DNA of 61,296 bases, counting the filler. It is 10 parts of 10 records of this genome, joined end to end, with 100 filler letters (N's around TTAATTAATTAA, not from the genome) between each part and the next. Parts side by side here need not be neighbours in the genome. Positions count along the whole stretch, not along the records: positions 26,093 to 36,561 come from SRR15195285_559; positions 36,662 to 44,566 come from SRR15195285_560; positions 44,667 to 47,847 come from SRR15195285_561; 7 more parts are not named here. The stretch is one strand, 5' to 3'. Below the pieces are notes generated by a model, which searched no databases, was not told the origin of the DNA, and saw only the letters and a program-made list of their open reading frames with translations. The translations under genes and the position numbers were made by a program. The stretch's first letter is position 1. Each line of letters begins with the position of its first letter. Below, piece by piece: positions 33,408 through 44,867 of this stretch.

Positions 33408-34700
33408 ACGTTGGAATAGAGAGGAAGTAGAGGAACGCACGGAACACGGTGCGAACAGCCCACAGAGGAGCTGATGTCATTCTAAAGCGCAAGTCGTGGA
33501 CTCGGCTCTCTGAGCCACCGTTGCACCGTCACTCCCACCACACCGTCTGGCTTGTGCGCTAAGCTCGCGTTGTCGCTAGACCCTGCGCTGCATGTCCGTC
33601 CAGAGGAACACGGACATCTCAACCCGCCAGCCGTTTAACTAGGCGTGCCTGAGTTAATCAATCTCAGGTTCTTCATTCCAAATCGGCATAGACTACACTT
33701 CTGGCTGGCTGCGTGGTGGGGGCAGCGATGTCCATTTGATCTGCCGCCAGCGCGTCCGCGCGTCACTTGCGATTTTTACCGCAACCGCAGGAGGTCACGG
33801 ACGCCTTGAGGGCCTACAACTACCTAACCATAATTGCCTCACCTTGCCTTGTCGTACCAACGTCTCAACGGCACTCCTGTGTAATGGGCGCGCAGCGTGA
33901 GTGTTGGTCCTGCGGTTTGATACCCGCGCATAGGACCATCGTGCTTCGCCAGGCGCTGCTTCATAAGGAATTTGGATGCTAGAATCTTAAAGACAATTCG
34001 ACCTGTCGCGCTGCTTTTAACGACTCGAAATGAGCGGCGGCTCGCGTCATCTACCCTTCGGGGGCGATGGAAATTGATCCTTCCTGCGGCCGCAGTGCTG
34101 CGATTTGAGAGTAACCGAGGCAGCTGAAATTCTTCGAACCCCACCTAAGCCCCGACCCCCGAGCGCCTGTCCCTTGCTACTATTCATAGTTGTAGCCCTC
34201 CACACCGCGCAGTACTCTTTGCTGCAACCTTGCGTTCCGAAACAAAGCCTTGGCGGAGCTTTCAGCTTCGAACAAGACACCAGGCCAAGTGCTGCAATGG
34301 CGGAATCGGAGAGAGAGATAGCACGCAAGCTTAGCCGATGCTATCTCTTTCTGCGCAAGAGCTCTTGCGATGCTCTGCGCACGTCCACGTGTCATCTACA
34401 GATAAACAACGTGCGAGAGTACGCAACCCGAATGGGGTTTTGCCGTCCGGACTAATCGGAGGTAAGCTTTTAGGCTCGGGGGACACTTCCATCTCTATTT
34501 TGCTCCGCTACTACTTGGCGACTTGGCCCGTGGCGTCTCTGGAAAAGGATTGTTTTTCACTGCAAAGAGCGGCGCAAAATGCAGCGAAATGATCTTGCAA
34601 TGCAATTGGGGTTGTGGTAGTGTCTAGTGAATGAAAGCGCCAATGCATTAGAACCACAAAGTCGTCTCACCGATGTTGGACAGGCGGCTAGCTCGTCAGG

Positions 34701-35927
34701 CTACCAGCCTGCATTGTACTGCGTCTCCGCATAAGACGGCCCAACCTGCGGCGCAGCTGGTGCCGATCCCGGTCCTGGCGCCGCAAGGTAGTAACTCGAA
34801 AAACTCCCCCCTGCGCCCGCACCGCCAAGACCTAGCATCTGCTCGATCGACCCAATCTTATCGCTGCAGCTCGAGAAGGTTTTGCGAACATCTCTGATCA
34901 CTTTGTCTTTCTCTGCGAGCAGCGCACCGTCGAAGTCTCCTGATGCTGCACCATTGCCGACGGCGCTACCACCGCCAGATACCGAGTCTCCCTGAGCTCT
35001 AGCGCCTCGCATACCGGCCTGCTTGCCAGTGCGAGTAGCGGCAGCCTGCGCGGCAGGTGCTGCTCGGCTTTTGTGCCGCGCGGCAGCGTGACTCGTCTTG
35101 TGCTGCTGCGCCTCTCCTCCTTGTGCAGCAGCGTGCTGCCTGTGCCATAGATTTAGCTCCCCCGGCGACGCACCCACAGGAGGCTCGACACCGAGTTGCG
35201 GCTCGGAACGCCGGCCGCGCCGCCGCGGCTGTCCCGGCGGGCGCGGAGCTGGTGCAGGCGCGGGCACAGCCGGCTGGTGTCCATGCCCATCCGCTCGACC
35301 ACCCGCACGGGTCGGTGCAGCCGTGGCAATGTCCTGCGAGACGCCACCGTGAAGCTTGCTCCAGGGATCCACGGGCGGTCGATTTTTGCGCTCTGCGATC
35401 TTCGCCGCGCGGGCCGCGTCACGTGCCGCTCTCGCCTCCTCCCGCTCCGCCCGTTTGCGGTCTCGCTCGGCCCGCGAGCGCTCGCCCGCGCCGCCGTCCC
35501 CGGCTGCGGCAGCACCACCACCGCCGGCATTGGCCAAGAACGCCTCGATCTTGAAGCGTAGCTGGTGGAGCACTGGCTCAATGTGCATCGGCTTTGCACT
35601 GGCAATTGCCTGGATCTGCGCTGGTGTGATCCGCATCTTCAGCTTCTTCAGCAGCTTCGCCTGCACTGTCTCCCAATTGGATTGCTTCTGCGCCACGCTC
35701 TGTGCCGGGATATAGTTGTGCATCTCCACCAACCGTGGCACGAAGTGGCGCACCACCTCCGCGACCAGCACGCCGTCGCTGAAGTCCCTTGCGAAGTTCC
35801 TCTTCGGCCGCGACAACGGCACACCGTCGATCCACGCATAGAGCGCCTCCAGCTCCGCCGGCTCCAGCGCCTCCGCCTCGCCAGCCTGCTTGGAAACTGC
35901 GGCCCCATGTAGGTCGAGGTCGCGCAT
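34701..35927 (-). CDS. SPEF1: Sperm flagellar protein 1 (SPEF1/CLAMP), CH-domain microtubule-binding protein
   Basis: LYAWIDGVPLSRPKRNFARDFSDGVLVAEVV...VEMHNY...K.SNW is the Spef1 CH signature. A C-terminal coiled coil reads LLAEKDKVI. Confidence 0.92.
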   Translation of the reverse strand: MRDLDLHGAAVSKQAGEAEALEPAELEALYAWIDGVPLSRPKRNFARDFSDGVLVAEVVRHFVPRLVEMHNYIPAQSVAQKQSNWETVQAKLLKKLKMRITPAQIQAIASAKPMHIEPVLHQLRFKIEAFLANAGGGGAAAAGDGGAGERSRAERDRKRAEREEARAARDAARAAKIAERKNRPPVDPWSKLHGGVSQDIATAAPTRAGGRADGHGHQPAVPAPAPAPRPPGQPRRRGRRSEPQLGVEPPVGASPGELNLWHRQHAAAQGGEAQQHKTSHAAARHKSRAAPAAQAAATRTGKQAGMRGARAQGDSVSGGGSAVGNGAASGDFDGALLAEKDKVIRDVRKTFSSCSDKIGSIEQMLGLGGAGAGGSFSSYYLAAPGPGSAPAAPQVGPSYAETQYNAGW

Positions 35928-36561
35928 CGCACCCCGAGTCTAGACCCACCACCCGGGCCGCCTGTAGCCTGAGACGCGTGGAGAAAGCTTAACCGTTCTG
36001 GCTGCGCACCCGCGACTCCGTCGCTGCATGTCCCAGTATGCGCATCCTGAACCGCACCTCTGTGGCCAGCAGTGCCGGCGCGACCGCAGCACAGCGTCCG
36101 CCGCCAGCAGCAGAAGTGCTACCACCACACACCACAACAACCGCACCACCGCACCCAACCTGCAGCAAACGGAGCCTCCCCCCCCCCGACAGTAGGCAGC
36201 ACTAGCAGCAGGCTGCCGCCGCCGCAGCAGGCGGCGCTAGCAGCAGCAGCATCGTCCCATCGTCATCGTCATCGCTGCGTCGTTCGTTCATCACAATCGT
36301 TCGAATCGTCACCCTCACCGTCCCCACCGGTCAATTTCGGGTCATTCGAGTCATGCAGTCATTCGAGTCATGCAGTCACAGGGTCAGGAGTGATTGACCC
36401 AATTTGCCGATGGACCGAATTTGCCGATGCCTGATCTGGATTGAAATTCCGTATGTTGTATTTTCATGCCACCACAGAACTCCTGGATGGCTCAGAATCA
36501 TAAGAAAATTCCCAGTGATAATTGGCATGTACCCAGTGATTTTCAGCCGTGCATGAGCGAG

Positions 36562-36661
36562 NNNNNNNNNNNNNNNNNNNNNNNNNNNNNNNNNNNNNNN
36601 NNNNNTTAATTAATTAANNNNNNNNNNNNNNNNNNNNNNNNNNNNNNNNNNNNNNNNNNNN
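36562..36661. other. Artificial contig linker
   Basis: 44N-TTAATTAATTAA-44N. Confidence 0.99.
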
Positions 36662-36981
36662 TGGCGGGGTTGCGGGTACCGGGCGGCCCCCGAGAGCGTG
36701 CCCACACTAATGTTTTGCAGTGACTTGAGCTTAAGCAAGGCTAATATGCGCGTGGTCTCTACTGAGTGCAATTGGTTGGCGGCAGAGAGCGGAGACGTGT
36801 ACGGTAGCATGCGATGGCAATGCGATCATGTCGATCTTGACAACCTGTGAACGATGGTGCTGGCGTGCAGTTCTACAGCTCCACCCTTGCTTGGCCAACC
36901 ACTGCAATGCAGTGTACCACAACACTGATGAATATGTGAACATCAATGAAGGAACCAATGAGACAACAATCGAAAGGGGGA

Positions 36982-39900
36982 TCATTCGTCCGTCTTGTCT
37001 TGGCCCTCTTGCAGCGGGTTTTCATACTTTGTGGTATCGCTCTTCGTTTCTTGCTCCTCGTGGTGGTACATTGCTTTGGAAGCATCCTTCTCCTGCTGAA
37101 GAATGTCGTGGGACTCATGCAGTTTCGCAATGATTGCCTTCTGCTCCTCAATTGCCTTCTGCATCGAATTCAGGCGCCTTGTCTCCGTTCGTATTTTGAA
37201 GTCATCGTGCTCATCGTCCGTACCATTGCTTTGCACGGCGCGCCAAACTTGAATCTGGACCAGGACAGAGACCAATAAGGCCGACGACATAGTTACCCCA
37301 CCTGCAATTTCCAGCAATCGGCGAAACCTGTCCGCTTCGTGTATGCTGAGTCCACTCTCCGAGTTGCTCTGACACGCACATCGACAGGTTAGTATACGTC
37401 AGAGGGACTGAGGTCTGGCAAGGGCATGCCACACAGGTGTAGACAGGAGGCCATATTGGGAACGCACTAGTACTATGAATGCCGGACCTGACACTAGGGT
37501 CATCAGCTGCGCGGTGAGAGCAAGCATCTCGGTCCAGTCAGTGCCAGTGTCCTCAAACGGGCGAGATGCGATATGTATGCTGAGCGCAAAAATGATCAGA
37601 CATGTAGCGAGGAGCACGGCAAGCGTCTGCTTGAACAACAAGAAAATCGCCATCAACAGCACTTTTCTGCCGATGATCACCAACTCCCAAAAGTAAAAAT
37701 GATCTTCAAATTTGTCTCCCTGCAGCACAATGTGTCAACATGAGCAACCTCCTCGAGAAGAGTGCACAGATGAATGCGTTGGAGGCAGACAAGTGCATGC
37801 ACTGCGACGCAATCGGCGCTTACCATAAACGCCAGGCTACCAAGCCCAGGGTTGCTCGAATGATGCGCTCGCACAAGACTCAACGCCAGCATGCACAAGA
37901 TACCGGCAAATACACCAAGCCCTATCATTGACAGGTGTTTGATCTGCGGATAGTCTGAACTTGCGCCATCATCATCGCACTGAACCTCGGGTGCGCTGGC
38001 CATGAAGGACTTGCTTGTATCGGTCTCGCTTGCAACACAGTTGAACGAGCGAAGGAAGCTTTTCACAAAGAAAATTGCACCGACTGTAAACATTGTCGTG
38101 CCCGCATTTGCCATCTTCCGTTGTAGCAAGTGTCGCGCTGCATGTTTTTGATAGGATGTAGCCACTGATATGTTGTGGATGCGTACTAGAGATATGAGCC
38201 CGTAGAGAACGATGACAGCCACCACGAATACAGGCGTAGCTAATGCAACCTGTACCTTTTGCAGAGGTCCAAATTGCATGGTGCATTCCGGACGCGTAAG
38301 CTCGAGATTGAAGTTCAAGACGCTGAAGAGTGTCATCATCTTTCGCAGGGAAGCCGGCCAGGGGATACCCGTGTCCAGGAAGACCGCAATGGTCTGACAA
38401 AAAGAGACAAGTATGAGGATCGGAGCAGCAAGAGTGCTGGCGTGCTCTGCAAAATCCGAACCAATGGAATCGAGCAGAAACATTGACCCCAGCGCGCAGA
38501 GGAAAACTGCAGCAATCATGACCTCAAATGTAATGCTCGTGCACGGGCATGGCTCGCAACGAGTCTCAAGCCGGTAGTAACCATTCGTGACAGTATCACT
38601 ACACTCGAGTCTCGGATCGAAAGCCTTGCATAAGCTGCAGCGTGGACCTTCGTAACCCTCTGAGCAACTCTCTCCTCCGAGGCCCGGATCGCAACTTTCA
38701 AGGGCCAACACCTGATCGTCGATTGACAATTCCGCGCCGAGTGCGATCTCGAATGAACAGGTGCCAAGGCACGCATAGGGAAACGGAATGCACGCTGCGA
38801 TGTTCGTCGTGTTGGCTCCCTCCGAATTTGTTTCAAGTTCTGCGAAGTAGCCAGCGCTTGCCATAGGATAGGATGATCCCCGAGGGCATTTTTGACCAAG
38901 GAGGTCGTTGCATTTCTCACAGCCGTCTAAGTCGTCCACGCCACGATATGTCCCCTCTGGACAGGGTGGACACGCTGGCATGCCTTCAAGCTGTGCCCAG
39001 AGTCCAGGCAGGCATTGTGAACACGAGCTTGCGTTGGTCGAACGAACGTTCGGATTTGCTGTACCCTGGGCACACGGAGAGCACGCCGAGCTTGAATTCT
39101 TATCAAGATCAACCGTGCCTGCACTGCACGGCAAGCACTGCGTCGCGTTCGACTGAACCAACTCATTTGCATCATCTGCGGCGAAAGTTCCCGGAGCACA
39201 CGCAAGACAGGGTGTCCAATTGTTGTTGTCGGTGTCTGCTCGGCCGGATGGGCACGCCTGGCAGTCCTGTGGTGTCGAGCCCTGAGGAGCGAATCTACCT
39301 GGTTCGCACGCAACACATTTCGTGGTATCGGAGAAGTACCCGCCCAATGAGAACTTGCCTTCCGAGCATGGCGCGCATGCCGTTGAGGAGTCGCAGTCGG
39401 CATCTTCAGTGCCTTGGTTGCAATGCTGCGTGCACTGGCCATCAATCGCTCTGCATGGCGTTGAAGCGTTGTTATCGTGATCCACGTTCCCTGTTAGCAT
39501 GCAGGGCTCGCAAGCTGATGCGCCAGCCGCTGCAAACGAACCTGGGCCACAAGCGTCGCATGGTGTTAAGCTATCTGCATCTGTGTCAGCTCGACCGATC
39601 GCGCAGTCCACGCACAACGCCACGTTCGTATCAGACGAAGAATGAATGTCAATATTACCGCGCCAGTATTGGCCGAGCACGCAGTCGACACATGGGGTCG
39701 TTGCATCGAGGTCAGAGTCCGTCGTGCCTGGAGCACACAGTTCACACTCTACGCCGCCGCAACTTGCGAACGTGCCACTTGGGCACGAAGTGCAGGGAGT
39801 CGCAGGATCACTATCTTCGTCAGCCATGCCTGGAACACACGATACACATGTGCTCGAGCCATTTGCAGCATATTGGCCAGTCGAGCAATCCTCGCAATCA

Positions 39901-42900
39901 TTGATGTTAGTGTTTCCGTAAGCAGGTCCGTATCGACCTGCATGGCACGCATCACAAGCGCCGATACGACCAGTCGTAGCACTGTAGTGGCCACGAAGAC
40001 ATGACGTGCACGCCGTAGTCGGAGTTGAATCGATATCAGTGCGTCCTGGCACACATGACTCGCATGCAGTTGAGGCAGGTATCGCAAAGGTTCCGTTCGT
40101 GCATGCTGTGCATGGTGTGCTTGCGTTCGAGTCTAAGTCAGCCCTGCCCACGGTGCAACTTGTACATGGAGTGAGGATGCCATCAGAATAAGTTCCTTCA
40201 CCGCACTGAAAGCATGCTGTCCCTGGGTTATTGTCAGAATCGTACGTACCAGCTACGCACGGCATACAGCTCGTGGTCGCCTCTTGGCTATATGTGCCAG
40301 CTTGGCACTGGGTGCATTGCGTCGAAGGATCAAAGTCTTGGTCGACAGTGCCAGCAATGCATACAGTGCACATAGTCACTCCGCCCGCGGAGAAAAACCC
40401 TGTCTCACAACTAGTGCATGGTGTTGCGCTATCCAAGTCAATATCAGCCTTGCCTGGATTGCACTCCGTGCATGCGGAGGAGGCGATGGACGAGTACCGC
40501 CCGACGTCACATTCAGTGCAGGGTGTGGATGGTGCCGAATCAAGGTCAGCTTTGCCCGCACCGCATGCGGTGCAATTTGAGGCGGCAGCGATCGACGTGT
40601 GCCCAATTTCGCATGGTTCACACGCTGTTGACGCATTTTGGTCTAAATCGGCTTCACCAGCGACGCACTCACTGCAAGTAGTACTTTCCTCGGCCGCGTA
40701 ATACCCGGTCGCGCATGTGTCACAAGGAGACGCTGAATCAGAGTCAAGGTCCGCGAAGCCAGGAGGGCAAGGGGTACACGAAGTGGCGCCGTCGGATGCG
40801 TAGTGACCGAGCGTGCATGCTGAACATTCTGTTGCTGGATTGGAGTCGAGGTCCGCGAAACCAGGAGCACAGACCATACACTCAGTCGAGCCAGCTTCAG
40901 CAAATGTCCCCGCAGAACACGCTGCGTCTGAATGGCCATCACTGTCGCATGGCGTGGCTGGATCAGAGTCATGGTCGATGTAGCCAGCGGGGCAGAGTGA
41001 ACATTCTGTTGCTTCGATTGCAGAGAAATAACCAGCGTCGCACTGCACGCACAGTGTTGACGGGTCCAAGTCATCATCGACAGTGCCTCCCGTACAAGCG
41101 TGGCATGACGTCTCTGCGTCGGCTGAGTATCTACCCTGACCACATGATTCACAAGATGTCGCTGGATTAGAGTCGCTATCGGCTTTGCCACTCGTGCACT
41201 GTACGCACTGATGTGTGGTAGACTCAGCGAAAGTACCAGCGGCACATACATCACACGGTGTTGCTGGATCAGTGTCCAAATCAGCCTCACCCGGCACACA
41301 TGTGTTGCAATCTGTACCTCCCCCCGGTGCGTACTGTCCGGGGTCACAATTCAAACACGGCGTTGCAGCGTCTGAGTCGTGGTCGGCAGTTCCTGCTTCA
41401 CACTGGGTGCATGGTGTCGTTGCATCGTTGTCCGCGTCAACACGCCCAGCGTCGCACGGCGTGCATGTGGTAGCACCAGTGAGTTCGAGAGTGTCAGTCG
41501 TGCTTCCGACTGCGCACACGAGGCAACCGGTACTTGGATTGTCGTCGTGGTCGTACTCACCCGGAGAGCAGCCTGTGTCGACTTCGCAGCCATTCAGAGT
41601 GAATGTAGGCGGCTCAGGTATATCTATCACAAGCACTGAAGTCGAAGTGTGAGGGATACCGTAGATATTCCCATTCGGCGCCAAAACACCGCCGTACCAC
41701 TTGAGGTTTCCTGTGCCTACGCCGGAGATTACTTCCGTAGTTTCTGTAGCAGGGTCAATAACGAGGACGGACTCGGTAGTGGCCGGGATAGCGTAAATCA
41801 GACCATTTGGCGCCAATACTCCTCCTGTCCAACCGTGACCATTAATCCCGCTTATGTGAATTTCGTAGCATGAGCTCGTAGTTGGATCGATGACGAGCAC
41901 CGATTCACCTATGGGTACGCCATAGATCTTTCCATTCGGCCCCAGTACTCCACCATACCAAGCGCCGATCAGAGACGTGAACGTTATGGTGCCCGTCGTT
42001 CCTGCCGCCGGATCAATGACTAGAGCATGCCCTAGATTATTGTTGAATGGAATCCCGTAGACCTTCCCGTTCGTAGCCAACACCGCACCACCCCACTTAT
42101 CCGAATTATAACCTGGCGGTGTGAGCCCAGTCATGGTTGTTGTATCAGCAGTTTCCGACACAGGATCAATTATGAGTACCGAGTCGGTAATGTCGCTACC
42201 TGGCATGGCGTAGATTTTGCCATTTGGAGCTAGTGCACCGTCATACCATGCTCCTGAGAGCTGTGCAATGCTCGCAGTGTCAGTGGTTCCTGCGGAAGGA
42301 TCGATGATGATTACAGACGTAGAATCGTAAGCGGGGATGCCGTAGATCTTCCCGTTCGGGGCTAGCGCGCCAAACGCCCACTTATCACCTGCTGAAGGCA
42401 GTCCAGCCATGCTCGTAGTATCAAGAGTTCCCGCAGTGGGATTGATGATGAGCACCGACTGAGCGCTACGAGGAATCGCGTAGATATTTCCATTCGGGGC
42501 CAAGACACCACCTCGCCACTTGTCTCCGCCTGAAGGCAGTCCTGCCATGCTAGTGCTATCACAAATGCCGATATGTAGGTCGGAAGGAGCACAGTTTGCC
42601 ATCGCTGTGCCAGTGTAACCAAACGAACATGTCACCGAACCCAGGTCATTTGCTGAGATAGTACCACCGAGGTTAGGCAGGTTGAGCTCGGGGAGATTGA
42701 GGCCCGGCAGACCAAGCGAGGGCGCATTGTCGAAGGTATATCCAGTCGTGTCGGACGGGAGTGTGCACAGTGGTGGCGGCGGCTCGCAACACGTGCTGGT
42801 GTCGAACGTAGTATCCTGGCCGCCTGATGTCATCGTTGTGCTTGCGGAGGATATCAGCGCAGTGGAGCAAACAACGTCTTGCGCCCAATTACTGTTGCCA

Positions 42901-43634
42901 GAACACCTAGGGCATGTAGGCCAGTTCCAATTCGAGACGGCATAGTTTGATGCGCCACTATCGCCACAACCACTAGCCCCCGATGGGAACGCATTGCTGG
43001 CCACTGTAGTGACTGAATCGGGGAAGATGACAAATTGCAGTGAAGTGCTTGCGAACGCGTTGTCGGCAATGCTCGTCACAGAGTTTCCGATTTTCAAAAA
43101 GGTGAGCCCAGTTGAGCGGAATGTGATTGATAAGATCTCTGATAAGCCGTCGCCGATATACACGTGAGTAAGTGAGCTGCAGCCTTGAAAGGTACCATGA
43201 CCTAGCTTTTCTACTGAGTCCGGAATTTCCACCGAAGTCAAAGAAGAGCAGCCATCGAAGGAGTGTCCCCCACTCTCGCCATTGGCCCTAATCCCAATTT
43301 TCTCAACCGAGGCGGGAATGGTCACGGAAGCGAGATTGGGACACGATATAAATGCGTATTCTTCTATGCTGGTTACCGTGTCGGGAATAGTTAGGGAAAC
43401 GAGCGCCGAGCACCAACCATATTGATACATCGGAATGACTGTGGTGCCGTCCGGGATAACGATAGATGCAGAGCATCCTGGCAAGCTTTGCATCTGTCGC
43501 CTTGACGATGCCATCGTGGTGTTGCTCGCACTGTCGCGGTATTGGGTGGCATTTCCGGTAGACGTCACGGTCGTCGCTATGACACAAAGATGCAAGAGCA
43601 TCTTCACTCTACACAGTGAGAACATCGTGACCAT
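36982..43634 (-). CDS. Large cell-surface multi-pass protein: signal peptide, BspA-type LRRs, 7-repeat beta-propeller, ~23 Asp/Cys-rich (GCC2/ephrin-receptor-like) repeats, multi-TM domain and coiled-coil tail; 3 exons
   Basis: LRR_5 motifs IPDTVTSIEEYAF..C..L.SV.IP; seven GVLAPNG.IY.IP...VL.IDP repeats; CxxCxxGxxDxDxxPxTxC repeats. The TM region reads ILVSFCQ..WP...FYFWELVIIGRK...RPF. Intron 37720-37823 and a second intron with its donor at 37467 keep the frame. Confidence 0.85.
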
Positions 43635-43662
43635 AATAGCACCGGGTATTCGGAAAGCACTA

Positions 43663-44085
43663 GCACAGCGTCACGATTCGCTCCGATCTATGTGCGGCCG
43701 CACTGGCAGCACCTGTGAACACTTGGCTATTCTGCCCCGTACGGAAGCCGTACGGAAGCGCACCTGCCCGCTCTGATCGAAACAGAAGCCCACTCGCACC
43801 GCCCCCACCCCTCGTCACGCAATCAATAGACCTGGTGCTGATACCTGCGAAAGCATCGCGCCGGCGCAAGGTGTCAGTGCCATGCTGACCCGCGCCCACC
43901 ACTGAATCATGAGGCACTCCCTCTGTGTTCTTTCCTCGCGCAGCACCCAGCACAGCGTCACGGACACTCCGATCTATGTGAGGCAGCAGTGCGCGCAGCA
44001 TTCATGCGCACCTGGCTGTTCTGCCCCGTGCGGAAGCGCACCTGCTCGCTCTAATCGAAACGGAAGTACTCTCACACCATCCCCT
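43663..44085. repeat. Diverged ~140-bp direct repeat (two copies, ~43663-43810 and ~43950-44085)
   Basis: The blocks gcacagcgtcacg, ctccgatctatgtg, tggct.ttctgccccgt and cggaagcgcacctgc.cgctct.atcgaaac occur in the same order in both copies. Confidence 0.75.
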
Positions 44086-44566
44086 CCCGACCCAGCAGCT
44101 GGTCTTAGCTTGCACGCTGCAGTCGATCAATCGACTGCAGATCAACAGTCTGTCCTCGCACAGCTTGCCAGGACTGCTGCGAAGTTGCCCGCGATACAGT
44201 ACCCTTCGCCGACGGCTGTCTACAGCAGCGGTCGCCGCTACCCTGGAACTATCTCCGTGGCAGCCGTCGATCGCGCGATCCTTCGCGTATGCGTCCGAAG
44301 GACGATCTTCCGACTCTCGAACGTCGCCGGAATGATCGGCAATGCTGACATCAGTTCACTTGTCATCAGCCCCGGTCGCGCTCGGCGCCGCACGCGTGCG
44401 CCGGCGCCTGCATTTATATATCATATAGATATGGCATGTGCTAGCCAACTGTCCGTCCGGCAGCAGATCACGCGTCGTGATAGACGTGGGATGAGGAGCA
44501 CCACATATTCCAATACTACAATTCAGTACAGTAGTAAAACTTCTTGGGTTCTAGCCGCACCTTGGG

Positions 44567-44666
44567 NNNNNNNNNNNNNNNNNNNNNNNNNNNNNNNNNN
44601 NNNNNNNNNNTTAATTAATTAANNNNNNNNNNNNNNNNNNNNNNNNNNNNNNNNNNNNNNNNNNNN
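44567..44666. other. Artificial contig linker
   Basis: 44N-TTAATTAATTAA-44N. Confidence 0.99.
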
Positions 44667-44867
44667 ATTCCTCGAGACCGAGAGCGTGCCTTCTCCCGGT
44701 AATTATCGCCATATACGTACCCTCGTACCGGTAGGATCCTACTAGTATATCGCCGGCGATACATCGCCCCCGCGCGGCACATATATATACGCCGCGCGCG
44801 TACATACACGCGTACGCGTACGCGTACATCAGCACTGTAGTGCGATTACGTATCCGCGGATACTGGT

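Noticed and set aside
33430-34690. Short ORFs between aldolase and SPEF1
   Set aside because: No motif, codon bias or consistent exon chain could be supported.
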